Of a DNA stretch of 61,195 bases, positions 31,993-41,831 are shown piece after piece. This DNA comes from a virus (Duplodnaviria; Caudoviricetes): positions 1 to 61,195 of the IMG/VR virus record IMGVR_UViG_3300029448_000030; one strand, given 5' to 3'. The notes under the pieces are model-generated. The model was not told the DNA's origin, made no database searches, and was given only the letters and a program-made list of their open reading frames with translations. Numbering within the stretch: the first letter of the stretch is position 1; each line of letters opens with the position of its first letter. A program made the translations under genes and the position numbers.

Positions 31993-33525
31993 TTAAGCAT
32001 ACATTGAAGAGTTATCTTCTTCTATATCATTTAAAATATCTTTTCCACTTAACATGTCAAATTTAACAGAACCTGGTGATTTACCTTCTCTACTTGCTAT
32101 TGTATTTAAAGCTTCTATTATAGAGTCTTCTGTAAAAACATTATTAAACGAATTAAATATGGCGTCACGTGGGTTTTCTGAATTTTTGATATATTCCTTT
32201 AATTTTTTTGAATCAAATTGCTCGCCAGGTTTCATTCCTAATGCTTTTCTATATTTGTGAAATTTAGCATATAACTCATCAGGCGCTTGCATATACTCAG
32301 GCATTGTAAAGTCACTGTGATCTATTCTAGAAACCAATGTGTTTCTAAGCGCTGGATCCATAGCTGCCGCAATGTTAGAAGCATGCATAAATTCTTCGCC
32401 TGCAACTGGACCTAAAGGATAAGCAGGGCCATGAAGATTTCCGTGCTTATCTGGTGTTTTTAAATTAACATCGTTAAAGTTTTGAAATTTAATATCATTT
32501 TCACTTATACCTGCGGCATCCCAGCTCTCATATTCGCCACCCTCACCACTTGGTAATCCAATGATTTCAGACATCTTTTTAAAATAATTTAAAGGCTCTG
32601 TATTTCTATTTCTATGAAGTTCATATGATCCCAATTGATCTCCTGGCATTCTATCTTTAAAAGTAACATTAGACTTAGCCAATGTTGTTAGCATATTATC
32701 TAAATCATAGTCTGACATTAGATTAGGTTGGTCTAGTATATTTATATCTTTAAATCTTTGAGTATTTCCATACTCATCTTTCCCATATAAGTGGTCTAAC
32801 GTGTAATCTGATCCAGCAAACTGAGCTTGTTTTTTCCATCTCTCTCTAGTTATAGGATTATTAAACCACTCAACATCTTTTATTTTAGCTTTGTTTAATA
32901 TATCGTTCCATTCTGGATTTCTTGCATCATAATTTGGAAATAAAGTTTTTAAATGCTCTGTTTTTTCTTCATTAGTCATTCCATACATAGAATTCTCTGG
33001 TTTATTTCCTCTAGCCACTAAAAAGTTTGGATCATATCCAGAAAAACTCCAGTTAGGATTTGATTTATATAAGATATTTCTAGGCATAATAGGTGGTGTA
33101 TCAGCACCTCCTCTTTCACCTAGTGGAACATCACCCTCACGATCTATTCTCATATCTCCATAATCCTTTGAAGGATAACCTTGACCTCTTACTCCTTGTG
33201 TGTTGTACTGAGTTTTTTCACCCGATATTATTTTTCCTCTATTAGGATTAAGAGCGTATTCTTTTAATTCTGCTTCAGAAGCATTTGGGTGCATTTGTTT
33301 TAATTCCGCTAATGTTGTTGCGTCAATAGTATTTTGTAATTGATCTTTTTTTGCTTGATGGTCTTTTTTAGGATCAAATTTTTCTTTACCAAATTCAAAA
33401 AAGTTTTGAATCTTATCATTAGTTAGTAATTTACTAAGTAACGAGGTTGGAAAACTAGATGGACCAGGGTTTGGGCCCATTTGTTTTAGTGGTGTGTTTA
33501 TAGGGTTTTTTATTTTAAATGCCAT
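31993..33525 (-). CDS. Hypothetical protein with TPLKQ motif and degenerate zincin-like C-terminal region
   Basis: MAFKIKNPINTPLKQ; GEEFMH...YMQAPDELYAK resembles HExxH...Y...E with the first His replaced. Confidence 0.6.
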   Translation of the reverse strand: MAFKIKNPINTPLKQMGPNPGPSSFPTSLLSKLLTNDKIQNFFEFGKEKFDPKKDHQAKKDQLQNTIDATTLAELKQMHPNASEAELKEYALNPNRGKIISGEKTQYNTQGVRGQGYPSKDYGDMRIDREGDVPLGERGGADTPPIMPRNILYKSNPNWSFSGYDPNFLVARGNKPENSMYGMTNEEKTEHLKTLFPNYDARNPEWNDILNKAKIKDVEWFNNPITRERWKKQAQFAGSDYTLDHLYGKDEYGNTQRFKDINILDQPNLMSDYDLDNMLTTLAKSNVTFKDRMPGDQLGSYELHRNRNTEPLNYFKKMSEIIGLPSGEGGEYESWDAAGISENDIKFQNFNDVNLKTPDKHGNLHGPAYPLGPVAGEEFMHASNIAAAMDPALRNTLVSRIDHSDFTMPEYMQAPDELYAKFHKYRKALGMKPGEQFDSKKLKEYIKNSENPRDAIFNSFNNVFTEDSIIEALNTIASREGKSPGSVKFDMLSGKDILNDIEEDNSSMYA

Positions 33526-33884
33526 TATGAATTATATGCTTCTTTTTCCCATTTAAATCCTGGCCAACCCTCTATTCTCCATTTACCTTCATAGTATATC
33601 TTACCGTCTTTTCGTGGATATTTTACTCCATCAAATACTAGATAATCATCTTCATAATCTAAGCCTTTTTGACCACCAGTTTTATGAAATTCTTTTACTT
33701 GTTGATAGTGTACTTCTTCATGATTTTTAACTTCTTCTTCCTGATCTGGAGAAAGTTTATCGTTAATTAAAATGCTTCCGTTTTTAGTAGCCATACCATT
33801 CGTATTATCTTCCATGTCTATATGATAAACTGGAGTATTTAACGTACCTCTACAATAAGGTGCACCTTTCATTTTAAAAGCCAT
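33525..33884 (-). CDS. Small HExxH metallopeptidase-like protein
   Basis: G.ILIN..LS.....V..HEEVHYQQ ... WEKEAY. Confidence 0.65.
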   Translation of the reverse strand: MAFKMKGAPYCRGTLNTPVYHIDMEDNTNGMATKNGSILINDKLSPDQEEEVKNHEEVHYQQVKEFHKTGGQKGLDYEDDYLVFDGVKYPRKDGKIYYEGKWRIEGWPGFKWEKEAYNS

Positions 33885-33885
33885 A

Positions 33886-34086
33886 CTATATACGTTCTTC
33901 TACAACGTAACGTGCCCCGGGAAACGTATAATCGTAACCGGGGTACATCACTTTTGTATATCCTCTGTGATCAGTACCTTTTACTTTAAAATCAACTCCT
34001 TTCATAGTGATTTTATTTCCAGGTATAATGTTTTGAGGTTTATTAATATCTGGACTATTTCTTAAATAACCCTTTTGTGAAAACAT
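33886..34086 (-). CDS. Hypothetical protein
   Basis: 66 aa; ITMKGVDF...MYPGYDYTFPG. Confidence 0.6.
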   Translation of the reverse strand: MFSQKGYLRNSPDINKPQNIIPGNKITMKGVDFKVKGTDHRGYTKVMYPGYDYTFPGARYVVEERI

Positions 34087-34088
34087 TT

Positions 34089-34499
34089 TTATTTATGTAT
34101 TCCCTTGTTGTGTCTAGAACCCCACTTTCCGTAAGACTCATTTCTACGTGACATCCAACTTTGATGACTATTTTTATGTCCTACTCGTGCTCCAATAGAT
34201 TCATCTTCTCTGTCATCATAACCTTGATTGTGGTTTTTAGCCGGTTCTTCCATACCAGCAACTTTTCCTAAATGACCTTCTGGTCCACCAGCATAAACTG
34301 GATTTTCTAAGTTCATGTCATCACTTAATACCGGATCTTTTAAATCTGCACTCATCTTAGCTGGATGATGAGTTTCATCATTCTCTAAATAATGTAGTCT
34401 TGCAGAAGCGGATAAGTCTTTATCGTGTGCCATCTTAGCATCATAATGCTCTTCTTGTCTTTTTGAAAAACGTGGATGGTTTCCTGAATATTCTCCCAT
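34089..34499 (-). CDS. His/Asp-rich hypothetical protein with PAK motifs
   Basis: 136-aa ORF containing HPAKM and EPAKN. Confidence 0.6.
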   Translation of the reverse strand: MGEYSGNHPRFSKRQEEHYDAKMAHDKDLSASARLHYLENDETHHPAKMSADLKDPVLSDDMNLENPVYAGGPEGHLGKVAGMEEPAKNHNQGYDDREDESIGARVGHKNSHQSWMSRRNESYGKWGSRHNKGIHK

Positions 34500-34562
34500 T
34501 TTTGTTAGTTTTAATAAAACCCTGCTAGAAAACTAACAGGGAATTATGATTAATAATTTGTG

Positions 34563-34868
34563 TTACGAACCTGAAATTCCAGATATTTTCACACCTGTAC
34601 TGTTTTGTACAATTGACATAACCCCTCCTGGATTAGCTGTTACTGCTGAGATCACTTGGTTAGCCCAATCTAGACCTTTTCCAGTAACTGTAAATGTCCA
34701 ACTAGATGCACCTTCAGCACCTTCAGTTACAACGCTAAAAGTATCCGCACTACCAGTACCATTTGCTGCTCCTTGAGCAACATATATAATTTTACCGATT
34801 AGTATGTCAGAACCATTAGTTGTGCCTCCATCTATGTCTGCCGCTTTAATTTTAATGTAATTTGCCAT
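34563..34868 (-). CDS. Small putative structural/decoration protein
   Basis: 101 aa, Gly/Ala/Thr-rich, preceded by an (AACATT)7 leader. Confidence 0.6.
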   Translation of the reverse strand: MANYIKIKAADIDGGTTNGSDILIGKIIYVAQGAANGTGSADTFSVVTEGAEGASSWTFTVTGKGLDWANQVISAVTANPGGVMSIVQNSTGVKISGISGS

Positions 34869-34910
34869 AATGTTAATGTTAATGTTAATGTTAATGTTAA
34901 TGTTAATGTT
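34869..34910 (-). repeat. Hexanucleotide tandem repeat (AACATT)7
   Basis: Seven perfect units abutting the ATG at 34868. Confidence 0.95.
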
Positions 34911-34934
34911 GAGTTTTACACAGTTCTCTTACTG

Positions 34935-35081
34935 TTATTTCATACGAGCTTTTTGAGCAGCAGTAGGTCCAGAACCAGCGCCTTTTAATTTAGCGTTAGC
35001 TATAGATCCAGCTATTTTCATTGCTGAAGTTCTTGACTTACCTTCTCTCATAAGTTTATCTACTAGACTTTCAAAACTCAT
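34935..35081 (-). CDS. Small basic protein, 48 aa
   Basis: Manual translation MSFESLVDKLMREGKSRTSAMKIAGSIANAKLKGAGSGPTAAQKARMK; fills an operon gap. Confidence 0.65.
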   Translation of the reverse strand: MSFESLVDKLMREGKSRTSAMKIAGSIANAKLKGAGSGPTAAQKARMK

Positions 35082-35084
35082 AAC

Positions 35085-35297
35085 TTATCCTTTTGCAATT
35101 GTAGTAATAGGTCCGGCCTTATACATAGAAGGAGCTTTTAAAACTTCCATTCCTTTTATACCTGAACTAGAACCTTTACCATGAGGTCTACCAACTTGGT
35201 CTAGAGGCCCATCCCATATATGAGATTCTCCAACTATACCAACTTTAGTTCCTGGTTTTAATCTTTCCATTGCTGGATCATATTTTTTATGATTCAT
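35085..35297 (-). CDS. Hypothetical protein
   Basis: 70-aa ORF in operon. Confidence 0.6.
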   Translation of the reverse strand: MNHKKYDPAMERLKPGTKVGIVGESHIWDGPLDQVGRPHGKGSSSGIKGMEVLKAPSMYKAGPITTIAKG

Positions 35298-35307
35298 AAT
35301 TTTTGTG

Positions 35308-35796
35308 TTAAACTGGTTTATATAATTCTTCTAATTTATTTTGTGGACTTGCCGCTACTTCATTGCCACCTACTTTGTTCATTACTTCGTTTACTACTTC
35401 GTTTTTAAATTCTGATTTATCAGAAGGATCTATTTCTGATGAAAAAGTATTAACAGATTCTTTAGCATTTGATGCAACATCTTCCACCATAGGTTTACCT
35501 GCATTTATAGCGTTTTGTCTTGCTAGTCCTTTTACTTTATTTGCTGCACCACCAAAATTAAAAGGTGTTAACGTAGTTTCGTTTTGAGCGCCTTGATTCC
35601 AATGTCTTTGATTAGCTATATAAGTGGGCTGAAAACCACCGGGTGCAGTACCCATTGAAGCAGTTCTATCCATATGTCCAGCTAAAAAACTTTCTGGAGT
35701 TGCAAATTGTTGATAATTTGTATTGTTTAAAAAACTTTCATGAGGAAGCATTTTTACTGGAGGTACTTTGTACGATATTTTTCTTCTTCTTGCCAT
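35308..35796 (-). CDS. Hypothetical protein with PPVKM motif
   Basis: 162-aa ORF coupled to the upstream gene. Confidence 0.6.
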   Translation of the reverse strand: MARRRKISYKVPPVKMLPHESFLNNTNYQQFATPESFLAGHMDRTASMGTAPGGFQPTYIANQRHWNQGAQNETTLTPFNFGGAANKVKGLARQNAINAGKPMVEDVASNAKESVNTFSSEIDPSDKSEFKNEVVNEVMNKVGGNEVAASPQNKLEELYKPV

Positions 35797-36371
35797 TATA
35801 AGATATTTTTAGGATTAATTTTATCTAAGAAATCTCCACTTGCTCTTGCTTCTTGATTGTTAGTAAAGTTTTTTAATTTCTTCTCTAATCTAGCTTTTTT
35901 AGCTAATTTACCATCAGCTTCAGCTTGTTTAATTCTTGCATCTAAAGAAGTTTTATTTCTTTTATGAAAACCAAATTTATTTCTATTTGGATCTTGTTCT
36001 TTAGATTGTGGCCCTTCATTCATATCTTCCATAAAACTATAATTTAAAGAACTACTATTAGAATTAGCTCCTGAATCTGTTGTAGAAGATGGATTCGCAT
36101 AACTACCTGAAGAAAAATTAGCATTTTGATTTGGTACTCCAGGTAAAGCAACTGATGCTCCCATGCTACGTGATCCTTGAGGCATATTGCCATGATAAGC
36201 TGAGCTTGTAGGATTTAAACTAGATTTTAATTGGTTAACGGCATCCATAGCGTTATAACCAGCATTAGCAGCTGTTAAACCTATTTGCTTTAATGGGTGA
36301 TCCATTTCTCTTTCATGTTCTTCACCAAACATTATTTTAGCAGCGTTTTTTGTTTTATTATTAAAACTCAT
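35796..36371 (-). CDS. Hypothetical low-complexity protein with HPLKQ motif
   Basis: 191-aa ORF. Confidence 0.6.
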   Translation of the reverse strand: MSFNNKTKNAAKIMFGEEHEREMDHPLKQIGLTAANAGYNAMDAVNQLKSSLNPTSSAYHGNMPQGSRSMGASVALPGVPNQNANFSSGSYANPSSTTDSGANSNSSSLNYSFMEDMNEGPQSKEQDPNRNKFGFHKRNKTSLDARIKQAEADGKLAKKARLEKKLKNFTNNQEARASGDFLDKINPKNIL

Positions 36372-36372
36372 T

Positions 36373-36819
36373 TTATCTATTTTTATCTGTATTTACACTA
36401 TATATAGAAGTTCTTAAAACCTTATTACTATATGTATTTTTTCTCATTATAATATTTCTTCTTTCACTTGTTGGTATATCTTCATATCCTAACATTATTT
36501 TATAAATTTTATTTATAAGTTGTTTAGCTTTAAAAGAAATTTTATATATATTATACTTTTGAGTAGTTCTATTTCTATGTCTCCATACTACTATCCAGTC
36601 ATTTTTTATTAATTTATTCCATCTTTTTTTATTCCAACTATAACTATATGTTCCTAGTTTAAAATCTTTTATCGTGAATAAATCTATACAATCTAGGTAT
36701 ATTAATAATTCTACTTCAGCACCAGTTATATCGTTGTTTTTGGAAGCCCATCTTCGTATTATACGGTAATGTTTAAGCAGGTTAAGATCTTTTAAATCTC
36801 CTGCGTCTAGCCTTTTCAT
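36373..36819 (-). CDS. Putative winged-helix DNA-binding protein
   Basis: ITGAEVELLIYL...F...WNKLIKNDWIVV...YKISFKAKQLI resembles MarR-type wHTH. Confidence 0.45.
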   Translation of the reverse strand: MKRLDAGDLKDLNLLKHYRIIRRWASKNNDITGAEVELLIYLDCIDLFTIKDFKLGTYSYSWNKKRWNKLIKNDWIVVWRHRNRTTQKYNIYKISFKAKQLINKIYKIMLGYEDIPTSERRNIIMRKNTYSNKVLRTSIYSVNTDKNR

Positions 36820-37079
36820 AAAACAACGACCACATCTTGTGATTTTATAACATGGTAAGTATTATCTTCTACCTCAATTTTATGTCCAGCGTGACGATCA
36901 AAATAAATAACATCATTTTTGTTTAATCCATTTATCTCATCACCTACAGATAAAACCTTAGCTTTTGTATACCTAATGTCTTCTTTATGTTTTTCAGCAA
37001 GTAACAAACCACCTTTAGTTTTCGTAGTTCCTTGTTTAGCTTTTTCTATTATTAAATTTCTACCTATTGCTTTCATCAA
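36816..37079 (-). CDS. groES: Co-chaperonin GroES
   Basis: TKTKGGLLL mobile loop, KVLSVG, DVIYF; adjacent to groEL. Confidence 0.85.
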   Translation of the reverse strand: MMKAIGRNLIIEKAKQGTTKTKGGLLLAEKHKEDIRYTKAKVLSVGDEINGLNKNDVIYFDRHAGHKIEVEDNTYHVIKSQDVVVVL

Positions 37080-38616
37080 CTCTTAAATTATTAATTACAC
37101 AATCTGTAGATAAAATAGTAGTAGCTACGGAAGCTGCATTTTTTAAAGCGCTTTTAGTTACTAATAAAGGATCTATAATTCCTGCTTTAACCATATTAAC
37201 AACTTCGCCAGTTAAAACATTTACTCCATGTCCATCTTCAGCTGGAATTGTTATTTGTTCTGAACCCGCATTTAATAAAATAGTTTTATACGGTGACAAT
37301 ATAGAAGCAGTTAATACTCTTTCTCCTTTATTTTTTTCATCTACTTTCATTGCTGCATTTAATAAAGCAACTCCCCCACCGGGAACTATACCTTCTTTTA
37401 TTGCAGCTTTAGTTGCACAAATAGCGTCTTCTGCTCTGTCGAGTTTTTCTTTTAACTCTACTTCAGAATTAGCACCTATTTTAACAACAGCTATTTTAGC
37501 AGCTAATCTTGCTAATCTTTTTTCTAAACTTATAATTTGGTCTGGAATCTTACAAGTTTTTAATTCTTTTTTTAACTCTTTAATTATAGAGAGTGTTTCA
37601 GGTTTAGTTTCCTGAATTTGTATTATGGTTTCATCTTGATTTGTAACACTTTTAGAACAAGTGCCTAAGAAATCAATATTTATAACATCCATATCATCTC
37701 CTAAATCTTCGTTTATTACTACTGCATTAGTTAGTAAAGCAATATCATCTAAGATTTGTTTTCTATTTATTCCTAATACAGGCGCCTCAATTACATTGAC
37801 TTTTATATTGCCTTTAGTTTTATTCATTGCTAACGCTGTTAAAACATCAGGTTCTAAGTCACCTATAATTAAAAGAGATTTTTTGTTTTTAATAACATAC
37901 TCTAATATTCCTTGTATCTGTCTAATATTAGATACTTCAGAATCAATAATAAGAACAACTGGATTATCTAGTTCAGCAGTCTTTTTTTCTTTATTTGTTA
38001 TAAAATGAGGACTAACAATACCTTTTGGATACTGAGCTCCATCTATTATTTCTACTTTAGTTTCTCCTGAAACTGAAACCTCCATCATAACAACTCCTGT
38101 TTTATCTACTTCTCTAAAAGCATCAGCTATTAGTTTTCCTAAAACTTTATCATTGTTTGTAGATATAGTAGCTACATTATCTAGCATTTTATCTTCTACA
38201 GGTATAGATATACTATCTAAATATTTTAATACTTCTTCAACAGCTGTATTTATACCTTCTTTTATTTCTCTTACATTTTTCTTATCTAATATACCATAAG
38301 CTTGCTCTAACATTGCATGAGCTAATACTGTAGCAGTTGTGGTACCATCTCCAGCTTCTTGTACAGTTTTTTTAGCAGCTTGTTTTAATAAGGTAGCACC
38401 CATGTTTTCCACTGGATCTCTTAATATTATATTTTCAGCTACTGTTACACCGTCTTTTGTAATAATAGGATTACCTCCTCCATCTTCAAGTATCACACAC
38501 TTACCGCTAGCTCCAAGTGTGGAGCTAACAGCTTTAGTGAGTTTTTCAATACCTTCAAATATTTTTGTCCTAGCTTCGTCACCGAAGTTAAGATTTTTAA
38601 CTATCATATTTGACAT
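37060..38616 (-). CDS. groEL: Chaperonin GroEL
   Basis: ITKDGVTVA, AGDGTTTATVLA, EGIVPGGGVALL, GIIDP. Confidence 0.95.
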   Translation of the reverse strand: MSNMIVKNLNFGDEARTKIFEGIEKLTKAVSSTLGASGKCVILEDGGGNPIITKDGVTVAENIILRDPVENMGATLLKQAAKKTVQEAGDGTTTATVLAHAMLEQAYGILDKKNVREIKEGINTAVEEVLKYLDSISIPVEDKMLDNVATISTNNDKVLGKLIADAFREVDKTGVVMMEVSVSGETKVEIIDGAQYPKGIVSPHFITNKEKKTAELDNPVVLIIDSEVSNIRQIQGILEYVIKNKKSLLIIGDLEPDVLTALAMNKTKGNIKVNVIEAPVLGINRKQILDDIALLTNAVVINEDLGDDMDVINIDFLGTCSKSVTNQDETIIQIQETKPETLSIIKELKKELKTCKIPDQIISLEKRLARLAAKIAVVKIGANSEVELKEKLDRAEDAICATKAAIKEGIVPGGGVALLNAAMKVDEKNKGERVLTASILSPYKTILLNAGSEQITIPAEDGHGVNVLTGEVVNMVKAGIIDPLLVTKSALKNAASVATTILSTDCVINNLRVDESNR

Positions 38617-38641
38617 AATTTAATTTAATTTAATTTAATTG

Positions 38642-38929
38642 TTATTTAAAGGTTTTTACGACTTTAGGACCTTTTAAGAAATCTACTTTTTTAGCATAAT
38701 GCTCTACTGATCCATCAATAGCGCTCTCTGCTCCTTCAATAGTTTCACGTCTTGTAACGTCGTGCCAAGTATCATCATTTGGATCTTGGTATTCAGTTTG
38801 ATAAAAACCGTTAGGTAATTGGGTTATTCTCCAGTTCTTTTTATCTGAGAGATGTTTCCAAAGGTTAATGGTTTCTTCTGAAATTTGTGGTTGACTATTC
38901 CACGTTCTAGTCTGATAATAAAACGTCAT
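38642..38929 (-). CDS. Hypothetical protein
   Basis: 95-aa ORF with its own class II motif upstream. Confidence 0.7.
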   Translation of the reverse strand: MTFYYQTRTWNSQPQISEETINLWKHLSDKKNWRITQLPNGFYQTEYQDPNDDTWHDVTRRETIEGAESAIDGSVEHYAKKVDFLKGPKVVKTFK

Positions 38930-38986
38930 AATTTTGGTTTTAATTTAATATTTGGTTTATGTCCTAACCCGGACCGGGTATATGTT

Positions 38987-39015
38987 TATTATTACTGGTT
39001 TTTGTTATTTTTTAC
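38987..39015 (-). promoter_or_regulatory. Class II promoter-like motif
   Basis: GTAAA-N15-GTAATAATA, followed by hairpin ACCCG-GTC-CGGGT (38967-38979). Confidence 0.7.
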
Positions 39016-39732
39016 TTAAACGCCTATGACATTCTCTATGTCTGCAGATGATACAGTAAGTACTGAATCTATATTTGATGATGAAACACCTAACACATCG
39101 TTACCGTACCCAGTTGGAGTTGCAGTAAAACTTAAATAAGGCACTGTGCTAAAATTAGCATAAGCTCTTATGTTAGTACCAGCTACTGTTGGTGCTGTAT
39201 CTGGATAATCATATAGATACTCCATTATACATATCTTAAGATATCCAGTGCTTGTTATAGCGCTAATAGCTGTTGAATTTAAATCAACTGATTGTAAAGT
39301 AGATAAATCTCTCCATGTATTAGCCATAGATCCATCGTTAGCCGCATAGTCTACGGTATCATCAAAATTATTAATATCACTAGTTGTTAAATCTGCATTA
39401 GCATTTCCTTGAGCTGTTGATTTTACTAGTGCCATTTTTGCACCCGCACCACTACTTCCTGCTGTACTAGTAGTAGGTAAGTAATATAGTTTTAAATTTG
39501 TTATAGTATAACCAGTTTGATAAGTTGTAGCATTAAACGCTAAAAACATTCTTTTTACATACCATTCACTTCCTTTACCTCCTGATGTATATTTTGCAGA
39601 AAACTGCATGTTGTTTGAACTTGTTGATTGATTCGTAATATTATTTCCTGTAGTAGCATTACGAGCCGTCGTCCAACCTAATTCACTGGATGCATCTACC
39701 GCACCATATTTTCCCGCTGTTATTGTTGCCAT
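39016..39732 (-). CDS. Fibre-associated beta-sandwich protein
   Basis: Thr/Ser-rich; C-terminal repeat VLGVSSSNIDSVLTVSSADIENVIGV. Confidence 0.55.
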   Translation of the reverse strand: MATITAGKYGAVDASSELGWTTARNATTGNNITNQSTSSNNMQFSAKYTSGGKGSEWYVKRMFLAFNATTYQTGYTITNLKLYYLPTTSTAGSSGAGAKMALVKSTAQGNANADLTTSDINNFDDTVDYAANDGSMANTWRDLSTLQSVDLNSTAISAITSTGYLKICIMEYLYDYPDTAPTVAGTNIRAYANFSTVPYLSFTATPTGYGNDVLGVSSSNIDSVLTVSSADIENVIGV

Positions 39733-39735
39733 AAT

Positions 39736-41805
39736 TTAATCAATTTTTACCCATGTATTATCTGGGGAGAAATATATACGATTAGAATCTATTGCATACC
39801 CTAATACTCTTACGTAATCTCCACTTCCACTTGGAGCTGTATTTGTCATTAACATAGGTGTTGTTGATAAATAAATAGGTTCACCAACTGTTAATCCATG
39901 AGATGCTTTATGATAAATACCATTTAATAACATACCATCAACATCAGCATCAGTTCCTAAAGATAGCGCTAGCATGTTCTCAGTAGAAGATGAATCTGCA
40001 TCTGCTCCGTACCAGTATAAATTACCCATTGAATTACCTGCATAATAAATATTTCCTGCTACTAACGCAGACATGTGTGATCCAATTTTTATTATAGTAC
40101 CTGAACTTTGCGTGGAAGAAACTGAAGTATCTAGTACTATATTAGTATTGTCTAAAACTATATCAGTTTTTGCTGTAATTTCATCTGATTTTACTAATAA
40201 ACTAGTATTACCCCCTCCTGAAAATGCTATAATATCTGTTCCACCACTGTACATACCAGTATCTCTATCGCTATCAAAACTATATGATGGTGCGCCTTTA
40301 CTACCGTCTCCTACACGAACTTGACTAGTAGTTGTTAAATGCTCAGCTGCGGCATATGTTAATCCAGCATTTGAAGTTAATGTATCACTATCTGACCAAT
40401 ATGCTAGTCTAGTTGCAGCACCACTACCATCTATTGTAGCAGGGGCTGTATTAGTAATTGTATAAACTCCAGAAGAATCTGATACACTTATACCCGTGCC
40501 AGCATCTACAGCCGCAGCACCTACTGTAGTACCTGTTGCATTACTTATACTTATATCAGGAGTAGTACCTCCAGAACTTGCTATCGGAGTAGTACCTCCT
40601 ACACTTGTTACCGTACCTTGTGGATTACTAAATGAAGTAGTTAAAGTACCACCATCTTGTTGAGTTAATGTTAAAGTAATAGTTGATGAACCTGAATCAC
40701 TAAAACCCGTTATCATATTATCGTATGCAGAGTTAGACTCTGATGAACCACCACCACTCCAAGTTACTGTACCTGCAAAAGTTGCATTTTGTGAACTATC
40801 TAAATCTAAAGCCGCTGTGCCACCTGTTACAAATCTAAGAGCATTAGCACTTGGTCGTAACATTCCTGTATCTTGGTCATCATAAAACCCATAGTCAGGT
40901 TCTGCGTTACTAGCTCCACTATATACTGAAAACCTACCGTTAGTTGAAGGACCTCCAGCAACTACAACAAAATCGGTTTCAGTACTTGTTAAATGCATAG
41001 AAGCTCCACCACCTTGTGATGCTCCATCTGAGTGATAAAATGTTAAATATCCTTTTTGAGCTTGTGTTGTTGCTTGGTCACTAAATTCAATTCCTGCACC
41101 TCCACCATTTGTATCATTCCATAATGTGATAAATGGAGTTGAATAATCAGCTAAAGAATCAGTTATAATTATTGGTGATATAAAATTTACATCAGTACCA
41201 TCATCAGTAATACTTGAATCAGTAACTGTATCTGAGTCTGACCATTTAGTAATTTTGTTAGCTGTACCGCTCCCATCTACCGTACCACTTCCTGTACCTG
41301 CACCTATAAAAGATAATACCTCTGCACCAGTTGCGAACGCTATTGTACCATTGTTAGACATCAAGAACTTATCAGTATCAGTACCAACTGCAGCAATAGT
41401 AGATAATTTTACTGCTCCGTTATTACTAACTTCTATATATGCATTTCCAGTTGTAGCAGCAGCAGTATCTAAAGATGCTCCCGCAACTCTACCTAACATC
41501 CACGTATCAGCATCTTGATATTGAGTACCTGTATACCAAGTAGAGTCATCACCTTCATTAAACATAAATATCCCTTGACCTCTAGCCTCTGGAGTATCTC
41601 CAGTTCCACTTTTAATTACAATAGAACCTTGTGTATGACTACTACCTGAACCAGTAATAGTAAGACCTTGCCATCCAGTAGATGATGGAGGAGTTATTGA
41701 TATTGGTCCTGCAAAAGTTGAGGTTGATGTTCCATTAATATCTAAAACATCTGATACAGTCAATGTACCCGTAATGTTAGAATTATTTATTAAATTTATA
41801 GACAT
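39736..41805 (-). CDS. Tail fibre/spike protein
   Basis: Mosaic of fibre modules: GSGTANKITKW, GTVTSV, APSYSFDSDRDTGMY, C-terminal VRVLGYA..IYFSPD. Confidence 0.75.
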   Translation of the reverse strand: MSINLINNSNITGTLTVSDVLDINGTSTSTFAGPISITPPSSTGWQGLTITGSGSSHTQGSIVIKSGTGDTPEARGQGIFMFNEGDDSTWYTGTQYQDADTWMLGRVAGASLDTAAATTGNAYIEVSNNGAVKLSTIAAVGTDTDKFLMSNNGTIAFATGAEVLSFIGAGTGSGTVDGSGTANKITKWSDSDTVTDSSITDDGTDVNFISPIIITDSLADYSTPFITLWNDTNGGGAGIEFSDQATTQAQKGYLTFYHSDGASQGGGASMHLTSTETDFVVVAGGPSTNGRFSVYSGASNAEPDYGFYDDQDTGMLRPSANALRFVTGGTAALDLDSSQNATFAGTVTWSGGGSSESNSAYDNMITGFSDSGSSTITLTLTQQDGGTLTTSFSNPQGTVTSVGGTTPIASSGGTTPDISISNATGTTVGAAAVDAGTGISVSDSSGVYTITNTAPATIDGSGAATRLAYWSDSDTLTSNAGLTYAAAEHLTTTSQVRVGDGSKGAPSYSFDSDRDTGMYSGGTDIIAFSGGGNTSLLVKSDEITAKTDIVLDNTNIVLDTSVSSTQSSGTIIKIGSHMSALVAGNIYYAGNSMGNLYWYGADADSSSTENMLALSLGTDADVDGMLLNGIYHKASHGLTVGEPIYLSTTPMLMTNTAPSGSGDYVRVLGYAIDSNRIYFSPDNTWVKID

Positions 41806-41831
41806 TTAATTTAATTTATTTAACTGCTTTA

